A DNA stretch of 63,421 nt, the filler included, from Globobulimina sp. (taxonomy: Eukaryota), in NCBI GenBank assembly GCA_003354225.1. It is 42 parts of 42 records of this genome, joined end to end, with 100 filler letters (N's around TTAATTAATTAA, not from the genome) between each part and the next. Parts side by side here need not be neighbours in the genome. Positions count along the whole stretch, not along the records: positions 49,919 to 51,330 come from PIVH01017095.1; positions 51,431 to 52,842 come from PIVH01017096.1; positions 52,943 to 54,354 come from PIVH01017097.1; positions 54,455 to 55,866 come from PIVH01017098.1; positions 55,967 to 57,377 come from PIVH01017099.1; positions 57,478 to 58,888 come from PIVH01017100.1; positions 58,989 to 60,399 come from PIVH01017101.1; positions 60,500 to 61,910 come from PIVH01017102.1; 34 more parts are not named here. The stretch is one strand, 5' to 3'. This document shows, in pieces, positions 50,124 through 62,010 of the stretch (within the stretch, counting starts at the first letter, position 1; each line of letters begins with the position of its first letter). Below the pieces are notes generated by a model, which saw only the letters and a program-made list of their open reading frames with translations, was not told the DNA's origin and searched no databases. A program made the translations under genes and the position numbers.

Positions 50124-51125
50124 TTAAGCGCCATATCGATGTTGAAAGTATGACAAGTTATTACCACCAATAATTTGCGAAGGTGGTCTATTTATTGGGC
50201 AAAAGAATAATTTGCAATTTTGGGTCCATGGCCTACTATTTCGCTTAGTACCTATTTGAAATCTTGCCTTATAATTTTCATTTGTGGTTTGATCGCGGCA
50301 AATTAACTTACAATGATAGCCTGTCAATGTGCTCAATGATATGCAAATAAGCAATGCATACACTCCAATACAAAATGTGTATGGTCTCACCTTTATTATA
50401 TTCCATAATTTCTTTTCATTTTCGTCATTTGCTGCATTTATTAATATAACACAACAGCAACTGGCGATGTACAATGCAAACAGTGAACAATGAAAGATGA
50501 ATAATGAGAAATATTTATAATTTCTATGTCCAATACAATTACCTATCCACGGACAGTGATGATCTGTATAGCAATTAGCAAATACTATATATATCATTAT
50601 CATACAACAATATATGTCATCTATATACATACCGAATTTACGAACGCAACATTTACAAAAGCGACAATGTTTAGCTCTGGGCGGCCTCCATATTTTGCAT
50701 GTTTCACAGAATTTGCTTCCATTTGGCTGTAATTGCTTATGTGGCAATGGGGTGCTTTCATTGCCCCGCGGCAAATAACCTGGTTCTGTGAATGCAGCCC
50801 GATACATATAATATGTTGTTATGAAAAATAAAATATATGAAAATATTATTAAAATCAGCAATGCTTTACATGAATAAAAATAGGGAGTCACTTTAATAAA
50901 ATATAATAGTGCAGGTACAAAATATAAGATATTTGTTATTATAAAATAATGAAAATCTACGCCAATCATAATGCGCCCATTACAACAAAAAAAATTTCTA
51001 CTCATTTTTTTCCATTGTTGCCATGTTACAATTCGATGTCCTGCACCATCTGCAAACATTGAATGGGACGGTGATACGTCGGTTGTATAAGTTATTGACG
51101 TGCTATTCATTTGATATGAGTCCAT
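50124..51125 (-). CDS. DHHC palmitoyltransferase (ERF2/ZDHHC9-like), intron 50564-50632
   Basis: [63 protein letters not shown]. Confidence 0.95.
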   Translation of the reverse strand: MDSYQMNSTSITYTTDVSPSHSMFADGAGHRIVTWQQWKKMSRNFFCCNGRIMIGVDFHYFIITNILYFVPALLYFIKVTPYFYSCKALLILIIFSYILFFITTYYMYRAAFTEPGYLPRGNESTPLPHKQLQPNGSKFCETCKIWRPPRAKHCRFCKCCVRKFGMYIDDIYCCMIMIYIVFANCYTDHHCPWIGNCIGHRNYKYFSLFIFHCSLFALYIASCCCVILINAANDENEKKLWNIIKVRPYTFCIGVYALLICISLSTLTGYHCKLICRDQTTNENYKARFQIGTKRNSRPWTQNCKLFFCPINRPPSQIIGGNNLSYFQHRYGA

Positions 51126-51430
51126 TCTGATTCAGTCCCTGCAGAAAGTTTTCGACTTGTTTTTATTTTCAAAACTAGCTAGATTTTTTTTTATCTCCAT
51201 TTCGCAGAGGCTGTTGCAATTGTGCTATCCAAAAACGATGAGTATTTCTGTTGTATCTCCTAGAGAACAAACTCAATTCAAATTTGACACAAATTCCTGC
51301 GCACAAGCAAGTGTAGAACAAAGCAACAACNNNNNNNNNNNNNNNNNNNNNNNNNNNNNNNNNNNNNNNNNNNNTTAATTAATTAANNNNNNNNNNNNNN
51401 NNNNNNNNNNNNNNNNNNNNNNNNNNNNNN

Positions 51431-52044
51431 GTTTTTCCAAACCAATTGCAATAAAAATACAATGCACAAATACTAAATATTGATAACATAGCAATTACAA
51501 ACATAATAAATAAATTTCTCGAAGTTTCTGGACTTAATTCGATCGTATAGTTATTGTATGCATTTTCCTTTTCTAAATCATTACCCGTTTCACCATTGGA
51601 TTGTGCTCCAAATAAATAATCGTCACCAGAGTCACTATACAAATATTGTGCACTTTCTGGCACATAGGTTTCATAGATGGCAATCACCGCATTGAGTGAG
51701 TTGACAATGTCCACTGCCTCATCAAAATTAATAGTATCACCTGCTGAGTTAAATGCTTTTTTGATAGCTCTGAGCATTTTCGATGTTTCACGGGTATTGA
51801 TATACGATTTTGCCACTGTTTTGAAATTTGTCATAAATATAGCTCGCGCGGCGGCTTCTGCAGTCACGTCACCAACACTGTGAGCAAAACCGGTTCTCGT
51901 CGCTAACATTCTTAAACTGCCGGCTACGTTGACCAGTACGGCGAGATCGCCGATTTCTTCAACCAAAGCAGTATTATCCTCATCTGATGATGCAATAATC
52001 GATAATATCATTAATACTCCAAAGAGAACTGCTATACTCTTCAT
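51431..52044 (-). CDS. Type I membrane protein with NarX/PilJ-like (P-box) ectodomain, 3' partial
   Basis: Signal peptide, LVNVAGSLRMLATR, helical bundle ending IVNSLNAVIAIYE, stalk, TM LFIMFVIAMLSIFSICALYFYC. Confidence 0.7.
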
Positions 52045-52171
52045 ATTAAAAGCTTGTTATTGATTTCGTTTGGTCGATTTAGTTTGGTTTGGATGGTGTT
52101 TGGTTTGAAAAAAAATGGAAGGATGGAAAAACAATAAAAACTTTGACCAGTAAAAAATTATTTAATATACA

Positions 52172-52809
52172 ATGGACTTAGCCAATGACACCGTCAACAC
52201 CGCTTGCAAAAAAAAAAGGAAATTATCACAACAAAATGACACTAAGAATGATGATAATGAACCACCTGCAAAGAAACAAAGATTAACAAATGTTATGCCA
52301 ACACAACCGCAACCAATGGAAAATCCAATGAAGAAAGCAAATGAAATATCACATAACAGAAAATTTCAAAAAAATATTATCAAAAATATGAAATGTTTGG
52401 ATGAGAAAAAAGTACGCAAACTCTTATTACATGTGATACAACATTGTGACGAAGCGGTTGAATTATTACAAAAGAAGTTACCATCAAAACCCACATCGGA
52501 ACCAATATTAATTCACTGTGTTGTGTGCCATTCGGATTATCAACACGAATACAATGGAGCACGAGTTTGCATTTTAGAGCCAGATTTAAATCCTGGCTAT
52601 TTTGGAAGAGGTGAGTGTGCGTGCGGTAAATAGGCGGTAATTGGGATTGTTACACTAACAAAGAATGCCCAGTTTGCTGTCAACGATTTTGTAATGGTGA
52701 TGGTGATGGCCATTGTTGTCGTGTTGGAAAACATATTTCTGATCCAAATTCAAACGAAATTAACGATTTATCTCTTCCAAGTTGTGATGAAAATTGCGAT
52801 GAAGATTGA
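52172..52809 (+). pseudogene. Nuclear Cys/His-rich hypothetical protein with 1-nt frameshift at ~52632
   Basis: KKKRK and PPAKKQR NLS-like; HCVVCH; Cys-rich frame resumes GGNWDCY..CPVCC..GKHI after the TAG. Confidence 0.55.
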
Positions 52810-53838
52810 TTATGGTTTCGCAGCAAATGATCGTGACACTGANNNNNNNNNNNNNNNNNNNNNNNNNNNNNNNNNNNNNNNNNNNNTTAATTAATTAANN
52901 NNNNNNNNNNNNNNNNNNNNNNNNNNNNNNNNNNNNNNNNNNGATGAAATCTCTAGAAATTAATATATGTAATACGATAAAATATGAATTATTGGTTGTT
53001 TTAATATGTGACAAATACCTCTCTCCATGCAATCAGTCGATCAAATATTCTTAATGTAAATGTTACGTATTAAACAACATGAATTTAAATAATATTTTGT
53101 TCCGATATTATCAAATGGATGCTATTACCATTACATATATCAATTACAACGGATTGTATTGCCTTTGCACTCGTTTAGTAAACATTATAACGAACCTTAG
53201 TCAAAAACTTTTCAATATGGTTGTTATCAATTTCATTACGCTATAATTATCAGATGCTATCCCATAAATACAATTTGGTTTCTAAATTTATAGTTTAAAT
53301 ACATGTATGGATGTATGTATTTAAAACAAGAAGGATAGTTTGATAAAGTTAATTATTTGTGAGGTGTTTGTAAGTGTTTGGTTTATTTAATTATAAACAC
53401 ACCAAATAAACTGTGACCACCGCAAATTATGGCGGACATCTTAATATAACAAGTTAATATTTAGGCGAAAATATAAGTCTATGGAAAGACATTAAGATAC
53501 TATCCATTGCTATAAACAATTACAATCCCTTATACGCACTTTATTATTCGCTTCCTTCTTTTTTTTTGTTTATTTTAACAACTAATGTATACATATGCTT
53601 GCACCCGAATAATTTAAATACTTTTTAATTCATGATCAGTATTCAGTAAAGTTCAAAAAATGCATAATAAAAAAAATAATATTCACGTGATAGTTTTGCG
53701 ATTGTAAATATGGACCATTATAAATTCATCTTACAATCCTATCTCAAATGTACCAGATCCATCAGTCATTTCTAATAAATCCATCATATAATCCATCCAT
53801 ACGCATCCATACTCATCCATACTCATCCATTGTGGTGA

Positions 53839-53967
53839 AACTTTGAATACTAGGATTCGAAACATAGGTCAACTTCGAATACTAGGTTGAAAACCACTCT
53901 AGCTAACCCAAAAACCTTGCCAATCACAAAAGAAGTGTTTAGAAGTTTAAGCATAAAAAGTCAATTG
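53839..53967. mobile_element. MITE family A half copy (loop plus right arm)
   Basis: Nearly identical to 2342-2470. Confidence 0.92.
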
Positions 53968-54823
53968 TGTGGTTTTCTTTAATTCCAGCAGATCATCGCC
54001 AAACATTTTGCCGATCGCGAAGTGGTTTGTAAAAAATAATTTTATAAGCCGCTTTAAGCCTGTAAAAAATAATGTTCAAATCCAGCAGTATTAAGCCTTA
54101 TAATATGCCATCTGGTCGTAACACTGGCATTGTATTAGAATCAAGGATGTAAAATCATAATAACATTGTATCATTTGTATGTGATAAATGTAGAGATCCA
54201 CAAAACATTGCTTAAATAAATATAGTGAAAGAAAAATTGAGTTGAAAGATATATATCAAATATTCGCATTATATACTTATTAATTTTTTAATATTCGACA
54301 TTAAAAATAATTTATCCTTATAACCAGTAATACCAATCCTATGGACATCATTTTNNNNNNNNNNNNNNNNNNNNNNNNNNNNNNNNNNNNNNNNNNNNTT
54401 AATTAATTAANNNNNNNNNNNNNNNNNNNNNNNNNNNNNNNNNNNNNNNNNNNNACGGTGGAAATGTTGCATATAATTCTAATGAGATTGATTTCAACAA
54501 ATGTTGTATTATTGGTGATATGCCTTGAGGATCAAACTGTAAATAACAATCATCCAAACTGTCTGTTTATGCATTCAATAATTACAAGTAAAAGAAAATC
54601 AAATAAAAAAAACCAAATTTAGGGCTTTCTCGGTTATTTAAATACACCCATTTCCAAAACTGGTTTGACATATTGATGTTTTGAGTGAGAACTTTCCAAC
54701 TAAAGCAAATCCAAACAATCCTCTCGTCATTCTCAGTCACCGTTGTAGTTTTACAACCATTCCATTTGTAGTTTGCCTGACATATATAAACCCAAAACCA
54801 TATACAATTATAAATATTGTGAC

Positions 54824-55729
54824 ATGGCAGATGATGATGGTTTCGTTGCAAATGAAGACGACGAATGGAAGACGGACGAAAATGAAGGCGCAGATATTTT
54901 CGATTTAGACCAAGAAGAGGATGAAAAAGAACCAGTCTTTACCAAAAAAGGTAGTGGCGCCAAAACCATATTTGTAACCTATCAATTCCGCCATTTCCAG
55001 GACGACTATACAGTTGTTGGCTCCATTGGTGAGCCCGGCCAATTTGGCGTAGCCTACGAATGCTATCTGCAAAGCGATGCAAACCAGACTCGTCGCTGTG
55101 TAAAAGAGATAAATAAGGCACGTTTCCATCACATTGACAGCGAAGCTCGCGACGAGGTCTTGCACACAATGCAAAATGAAATCGCTATATTAAAAAAAGT
55201 GGACCATCCCAATATCGTGAAATTATTCGATGTGTACGAAGACCGCCACAAATTGCATTTAATCATGGAATTCCTGCCCGGCGGCGAGTTATTTGCGCGC
55301 ATTTGTGAGAAGGAGTCGTTTAACGAGAAAGAGGCGGTGCGAATCTTGAAGCAGATATTAGAAGCATTGGATCATATGCACGACCGAAATATCTTACACT
55401 TGGATCTGAAGCCAGACAACATTTTGTTTGAGACTCGCGCCCCAGACTCCATCATCAAGCTGATCGACTTCGGCATGGCGCGCGTCGTGCCGCGTTTGGC
55501 CAAATTAAAAGACCGCGTCGGCACTCCCAATTACATGGCGCCGGAGGTGTTTTCCGGGAATTACAGCAAAGCGGCGGACATTTGGAGTGTGGGCGTGATC
55601 ACATTTTGTATGTTGTTCGGCTTCCCACCGTTTTACGTGGATGAGGAGGACATCCATTTGAACGAGCATCAGGCGCTGGAAATGAAGATAAAAAAAGGCT
55701 TTTCGCCAATGGTGAAGGACGGGTATTGA
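54824..55729 (+). CDS. CAMK-group Ser/Thr kinase ending prematurely after subdomain IX-X
   Basis: GQFGVA, VKEI, HPNIVKL, GGELF, HLDLKPDN, DFG, GTPNYMAPE, DIWSVGV; subdomain XI missing. Confidence 0.92.
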   Translation: MADDDGFVANEDDEWKTDENEGADIFDLDQEEDEKEPVFTKKGSGAKTIFVTYQFRHFQDDYTVVGSIGEPGQFGVAYECYLQSDANQTRRCVKEINKARFHHIDSEARDEVLHTMQNEIAILKKVDHPNIVKLFDVYEDRHKLHLIMEFLPGGELFARICEKESFNEKEAVRILKQILEALDHMHDRNILHLDLKPDNILFETRAPDSIIKLIDFGMARVVPRLAKLKDRVGTPNYMAPEVFSGNYSKAADIWSVGVITFCMLFGFPPFYVDEEDIHLNEHQALEMKIKKGFSPMVKDGY

Positions 55730-56676
55730 TTACGCGGGATATCGAAAAGGAACATCGGCTCGCGAATGAGAGTCACAAAAGCCCATTCGCGCGCGCGCTG
55801 AATATCGCTATCGCCGGATTGTCGATGTGATAAATCGGGTAGCTTACCCTTGTATTCTGTGTTTTGNNNNNNNNNNNNNNNNNNNNNNNNNNNNNNNNNN
55901 NNNNNNNNNNTTAATTAATTAANNNNNNNNNNNNNNNNNNNNNNNNNNNNNNNNNNNNNNNNNNNNTTTTTGTCTATAACTCGATCAATAAGGAGCCGTT
56001 TTTTCTGAAATTTTTTAGGAGAGGTTTTCAGTTATGGAGATTTTATTGCGGGTATTTTAGATTCACTAATCGATGCGATGACAGCACATTACGCCCCATG
56101 ACGCCAGATATTCGTTTCTCAACAAATTTCAGAATTTTCCAGTTGAAATCGTTTGCTCATTAGGTGAATCGACCGAATTTGATCTCTATATTTGTCAAGG
56201 TCTATTCCAAATTTATCATTTATTGATTCCAACCATATTATGCCTTTGTGCTCTCTGAGCACTTTTCACTGGCACATAATGTAAGTATTAATAAATAAAT
56301 GCGAAATATCATAAGCTTACCAGAAAAACTGATAATCTCCAAATTTGGGGGAGTACAAAATCGTTTTCTTTTGCGAAAACGAGATGTTTTGTCATCATGG
56401 TTTGTCTCTTTGACATCAACTTTGAGGCTCTCCTCACGGGCAATAGAACAGATCTTCAATGTTCTGCTCTGAAAATGTTCACTGAAAGCCTTCTTTCCAC
56501 AACATCCCAGTATGCCGTGAAGAACTTTTTTTGGCCGCGGCTGCCTGAAAATATTAAAACATGATTTTTAGTTCGCCCATATTACATGGAGGAATGAAAG
56601 AAAATTCCCAAAACGTTTGCCCTCAGGCTGCTAGGCTAGGGGCATATGTATGTGTGGCAGGGGGATTACCCCCAAG

Positions 56677-56772
56677 TAGGGACGTTCACTTGCGGAAATG
56701 GACTTTCGCCAAATTCGGAAATTGCCATTTCGGAAATCGGAAAATGCAATTTTCGGAAAATTCGGAAATGTC
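56677..56772 (+). mobile_element. Probable hAT-like terminus (TAGGGACG) with CGGAAA subterminal repeats in a non-coding contig
   Basis: TAGGG start then six CGGAAA copies; no partner TIR seen. Confidence 0.45.
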
Positions 56773-57477
56773 TATTTTGCTAAATAATCATGCATAACAT
56801 CACTATTTTATCACTTCATCATCATTAAAGGACTTCCTAATTAGTTTAAACAGGGTTCGTGTCGAATTTGGCTGTCAAAATCCCTTGATTTCCGAAAATT
56901 TTTGAAAATGGCCCTTCTGATATTAAAATCTTCTTTGAGAGTGCAGTTATTGCCGAAGTCCAAACATTTCGCGAAAATCGGTGTTTAGGTGCAAAATTTA
57001 CAACAGTGGTGGGACGAAGGTCAGAAATTTTGAAAAAATGCTAGAAGCAAACTTTTCCATTATTCGAGCCAAAATCCCCTGAGTACACACACACACACAC
57101 CGAACCGAATCCCCTGATGCAAAAATCCAGAGTTTTTCCAAATGAAATTACGATTTTTCCTGACCGTTCGTAAATTGTTTCTGTGGCGGAATGGAAGAAA
57201 GAAAAATGAAAGAAAGGGAAAATTAAAAAACATTTTGGGCAACTTTTCAGAGGAAATTCAAAATAAATAGAATTCCCTTGCCAAAAAATAATAGAAGGAG
57301 GTAACAATTCTACACCCCTGTCTGACTGAATCTGAGAGAGTAGAAGAATGGGAAAATAATAATAAATATTTTGAAACNNNNNNNNNNNNNNNNNNNNNNN
57401 NNNNNNNNNNNNNNNNNNNNNTTAATTAATTAANNNNNNNNNNNNNNNNNNNNNNNNNNNNNNNNNNNNNNNNNNNN

Positions 57478-58166
57478 CAGATAATATTACATACAATAAA
57501 CATACAAAAAACGAAATATTATCAAAGAATGGCGAGCATATGGTGTGGTTATTTGGTGTATCAATGACAATTGGATTCATTGTGTGTCTATTTGTGTCGG
57601 TAATATGTTATTTAATGAAGCAAGGATTCTTTGATGATACCCCCAAACGGCACAGTAGCAAACGTAAAAGAAGCCCAGTCATAGCTGGCATGGCCATGGG
57701 TAAAACCACACAATCTACGAATAGTGGTGGTGGTGACCGTGCGTCTCAGCCATCGCCGTCATCGCCAAAGAAGAATCTCCGTATTAATGTAACATATCAT
57801 TCGCCAACACCACAAAACCCAAATAAAATACGTATTGATACTGTGAATAATAACAATATAAATGCAGAGTATAGTAAGACTTATACGCACACAAAAACAA
57901 GAACGAAAACAAATACCTGTGATACTGTAATAATAATCGATACGTTGCTGGAAGGCAATGAAGAGGATGATGAACGTGATGGAATATTGGATAATGTGAC
58001 ACCTGTTATTCCCGCATCGATGGGGGTTACGCCAACATTAAACAGTATCAATGGGAGTCATGAATTTGATCACGAATCGTCATTGATTCAATACATTATT
58101 ACATGTTCGAGTAATAATGATAATGACGATGACGACGTGCAGTCATCTCCTGTTCCTTTCATGTAG
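57478..58166 (+). CDS. C-terminus of a type I membrane protein
   Basis: One TM then low-complexity tail. Confidence 0.5.
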
Positions 58167-58463
58167 TAACATAGTGTTTTAATTATTTAATTTACTTTGT
58201 ATAATTTCATTTTGATGGTTTGTGTGTGTTTCTTTTTTGCTTTGTGTTCAAATTTCGTAGCTTTATTAATTTAGCTAGCTGGGTTTTCTTTTTTTTATTT
58301 TATTTTATTTTGTTTTTCTTTATATTTATAAACTTAGTGTAGGACTTTGGATACTGTGTTTCACCGTGTTTGAGGGTTGGGTTTATGAATAAATTTCGCT
58401 ATTTTAGTAATTTTACAAGCTTGTCGCGTTTCAAGTCGGTTTAATTCAAAAGATTAATGAGCA

Positions 58464-58888
58464 ATGGCAACTTCTTCGTCAGCTGATTCAAAATATGATA
58501 ACGATACATCACCACAAACAACAGCAAGGAAAGATAGTGTCGCAGGCAATGAAATTATAACAATATGTGTTGGTAATTGTGGCATACATATGGGCAATAA
58601 ATACTTGTCAACAATTATGAATGAACACCAGCTAAACAAAAATGGCTCATTGCTTAGTGATACAAGTTGCAACACAGATAAATTAAATACAATGTTCCGA
58701 TATAAATCCAAGTCTGATAAATATGTTCCTCGTGCAATGTTTGTTGATATCGATGAAACATCAATTAATTCAATTAAATCATCGTGGTTAGGCTCATTGA
58801 TTGACGATGAGAACTTTCAATGTGGTGACTATGGCTCAGGTGTTGTAAACTGGGCAAAGGGACATTATACAGAAGGTGCAGAGATCAT
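58464..58888 (+). CDS. Divergent beta-tubulin-like protein with 28-aa N-terminal extension, 3' partial
   Basis: EIITICVGNCG, KYVPRAMFVD, NWAKGHYTEGAE. Confidence 0.92.
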
Positions 58889-58988
58889 NNNNNNNNNNNN
58901 NNNNNNNNNNNNNNNNNNNNNNNNNNNNNNNNTTAATTAATTAANNNNNNNNNNNNNNNNNNNNNNNNNNNNNNNNNNNNNNNNNNNN

Positions 58989-60399
58989 CCACTACGATTC
59001 GACGTATCTCAAAAAAACAGAGATATAATAATAAGCATAGGGACAAGGCACCGGCATCGGAGAAGGAGAAGGCGACGGATGCGGAGCAGAAACCATTTGA
59101 GAATTATGCTATACGGAGTTTATTCAAACGTAGATTAAGGTACGCAAAACATAGAAAATCCAAACATGTTACAAACAACATGTTACGTGTTTGGATTTTA
59201 TACGTTTTTGAGAAACGTTCCCTATGTTTATACCATACATATAAGCAAACAAAACGAGAAATTAATCAATGGCCTGGCGAATGGCACTATTAATCGCAAT
59301 TCGAATATTCGTTTTCGAACTAGTTTCCACAAAAAAGACAGGAAAAGAAGGCGGAGGATCACCATCGAAGACATGGGCAATGGCAAATGGTGCACCATAC
59401 AGTTAAATCATCAGTTTTTAGTGAGCGGCTTTATACGCAACATTGCAAACTTATTACCCATGTTTTTAACTGTCCCACTGTCCATTGTCAAATTAGTCGG
59501 AATGTTCTATTACATCTCCACACATTTACTACTGATATCAGGTAGCATGGAATGTAGAAACACCAAACATAATCAATTGCATATCCTAGGCATTAGCAAT
59601 AAGAAACGCTATAAAATCAAATTAAACCGTTTCAGGACTTTCAGCCCCGTAACAGCACCAAAAAAAGCAGACAAAACTGCAGCAAACTACGACAAACCTG
59701 CAGTAATTAGCAAAAAGAGGAGGAAAAAGAAGAAAAAAAGGGACAAATTGTCTGTGAGTAGGAACAAATTGGAAGACCTCAGACAGCGTAAAACATCCAC
59801 ACCGACCATACCGCCGCGCCATCAATCTGCAAAGTTAAACCCTAAGAAATACAAAGCCGCCGTCAAAAAAAGACAGAAAAAAAACGTGCGTACAATGTCG
59901 CTAAAATTCCGCAAAGACGCTTACAACAATAACCATGTGAATGCGCGGCATGCCATGGACGCGAAGCAGGGCAATAAAAAGGTGTCGACCAAAACAAAGC
60001 GGTCCAACAAAGACGTATCGTTGACGCAAGCTTTTGACCGCTATGGATTAGGGAATTGCTTTGCGACTTCGTTGGCTTTGCCGTCGTGGCCTTGGCTATG
60101 TGCTAAATTCGAACAGAATGAGGTGCCCATCCATACCAAAGGCAAATATTCTGTGATATTCCGGAGCGGCGGCACCCACACATGGAACGAAAACGTGTCC
60201 AAAGAGAACGATCTGATTATATTTAACAGCAAACACTTATACCACACACACACCAATCGTGCCAAAACCCGCACCATCGTGGAACTCAACGCAGCGACGT
60301 CTCCTTCACCCAAAAAACACAAAAAACACAAGAAAGGCAAGAAACATAAAAATAAACACATGCATCATCATCCGAGTCATGTTGTAAAACACGCCAAAC
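58989..60399 (+). CDS. Lys-rich hypothetical protein fragment, probable intron from ~59139
   Basis: Long ORF; LVSGFIR..VPLSIVKLV..FY motif, VIFRSGG. Confidence 0.5.
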
Positions 60400-61122
60400 N
60401 NNNNNNNNNNNNNNNNNNNNNNNNNNNNNNNNNNNNNNNNNNNTTAATTAATTAANNNNNNNNNNNNNNNNNNNNNNNNNNNNNNNNNNNNNNNNNNNNA
60501 ATTACAAATTCAATATATATGCGATATTTGGAGCCTTGTTTATCATCTCTTCTTTTTTAATCTTGGAAATTAAACCAAAATGTAATAAGATTTGCTCATT
60601 TTTTGGATATTATAAGGATGCAAAGAAAATTATGCCAAGCACTTCTCTCAACGATATTAATAATGAAAATTATACAAATGAATCTGTAAAAGGATTATTG
60701 ATGCATTTAACGGAGAAATCTAATAATTATGGAACCATATCTCAACTTTAATCGTAATATTATTATTTTTTATTTTATTTCCACTATTTATTTTTTCTAC
60801 AAAATAAAATTATTTGTTTTTTCTTCAATTATTTTTTAATAATGTTTCTATGACATCAGACAGAGAGTAAACAGCAAATACAAACATAACGGATCCGTAA
60901 TCCGTTACTAAGATTAATCCGAGCCAACATAAAGTTCCATTTAAACGTTAAGAAAGTTCCATTTAACGGAATTATGTAACCATATCGCAATATATATTTT
61001 TCTTTAATAAGTGAGTAAACAGCGAATACAAACATAACGGGTAACTAAGATGGCTAGCTAACCTCATATAATATAGGATTTTTTAAATGTAAAATAGTTT
61101 TTTATCCCCTTTCAGTTGCAAG

Positions 61123-61910
61123 ATGTACTCATATATAGTAGTTTCTGCAGTTTGCATCATAATTGGTACATATTATTTCTTTTTCAAAAAGAAAGCTCCA
61201 ACTCATCCAACATTACCAGTTGTAGTGAAAGCACTTGATCTCATTAATAAAGATGCCAATGCGATGAAACAGTTCCGTTCAGATTTTCGAAATTTAGGAT
61301 TTGCAGTGTTAGAAATGGATGAAATATTTTGGCAATGCGCAAGAAAATATCGCACACTTTCTTCAAACTGGCTTTGTAGCCATCCCATTAAAGACAAATT
61401 AAAATACGAAGCACAAGCAAAGGATGAGTTATTTAAACAACTTGGACGGAAACCAAACATTGGATATATTCTAACAGAACACAAAAAAGAATATCTCAAA
61501 TTCAAAAATACTTCGAATGAAGAAAGTTTTCCGTCTGCGCCGCTTTATGATGCGTTTAAAAAATTGTTTGTCGAATGGAACCACGCTGCCATGGCTTGTA
61601 TGGAAAGCATATTATCAGAGCCTGTAAAGACGAAAAATGGAAAGGAACCATTGACCTCGCAAACGGATAGAGATAATATTCGTAAATTTGGTGCCGTCCA
61701 TTCAAGCATTTCATTGATACATTATTTCTCTCAAAAATGTGCAAAAGAAGAGGAAGAAAAGTTAAGTGATGATGAGAAAGCATCAAATCGTACGGTTGAA
61801 GTTCCATTGGATGTTCATGTCGACACTGGCGTAATAACCATGGTGTCGTGCAGTGATGTGGCTGGTTTACAAATGTTGGATCGAAAAACGAATACATATT
61901 TCAAACCTGA
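61123..61910 (+). CDS. 2OG-Fe(II) dioxygenase (IPNS/DIOX-like) with N-terminal membrane anchor, 3' partial
   Basis: LGFAVL, SLIHY, HVDTGVITM..DVAGLQML (HxD motif). Confidence 0.85.
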
Positions 61911-62010
61911 NNNNNNNNNNNNNNNNNNNNNNNNNNNNNNNNNNNNNNNNNNNNTTAATTAATTAANNNNNNNNNNNNNNNNNNNNNNNNNNNNNNNNNN
62001 NNNNNNNNNN

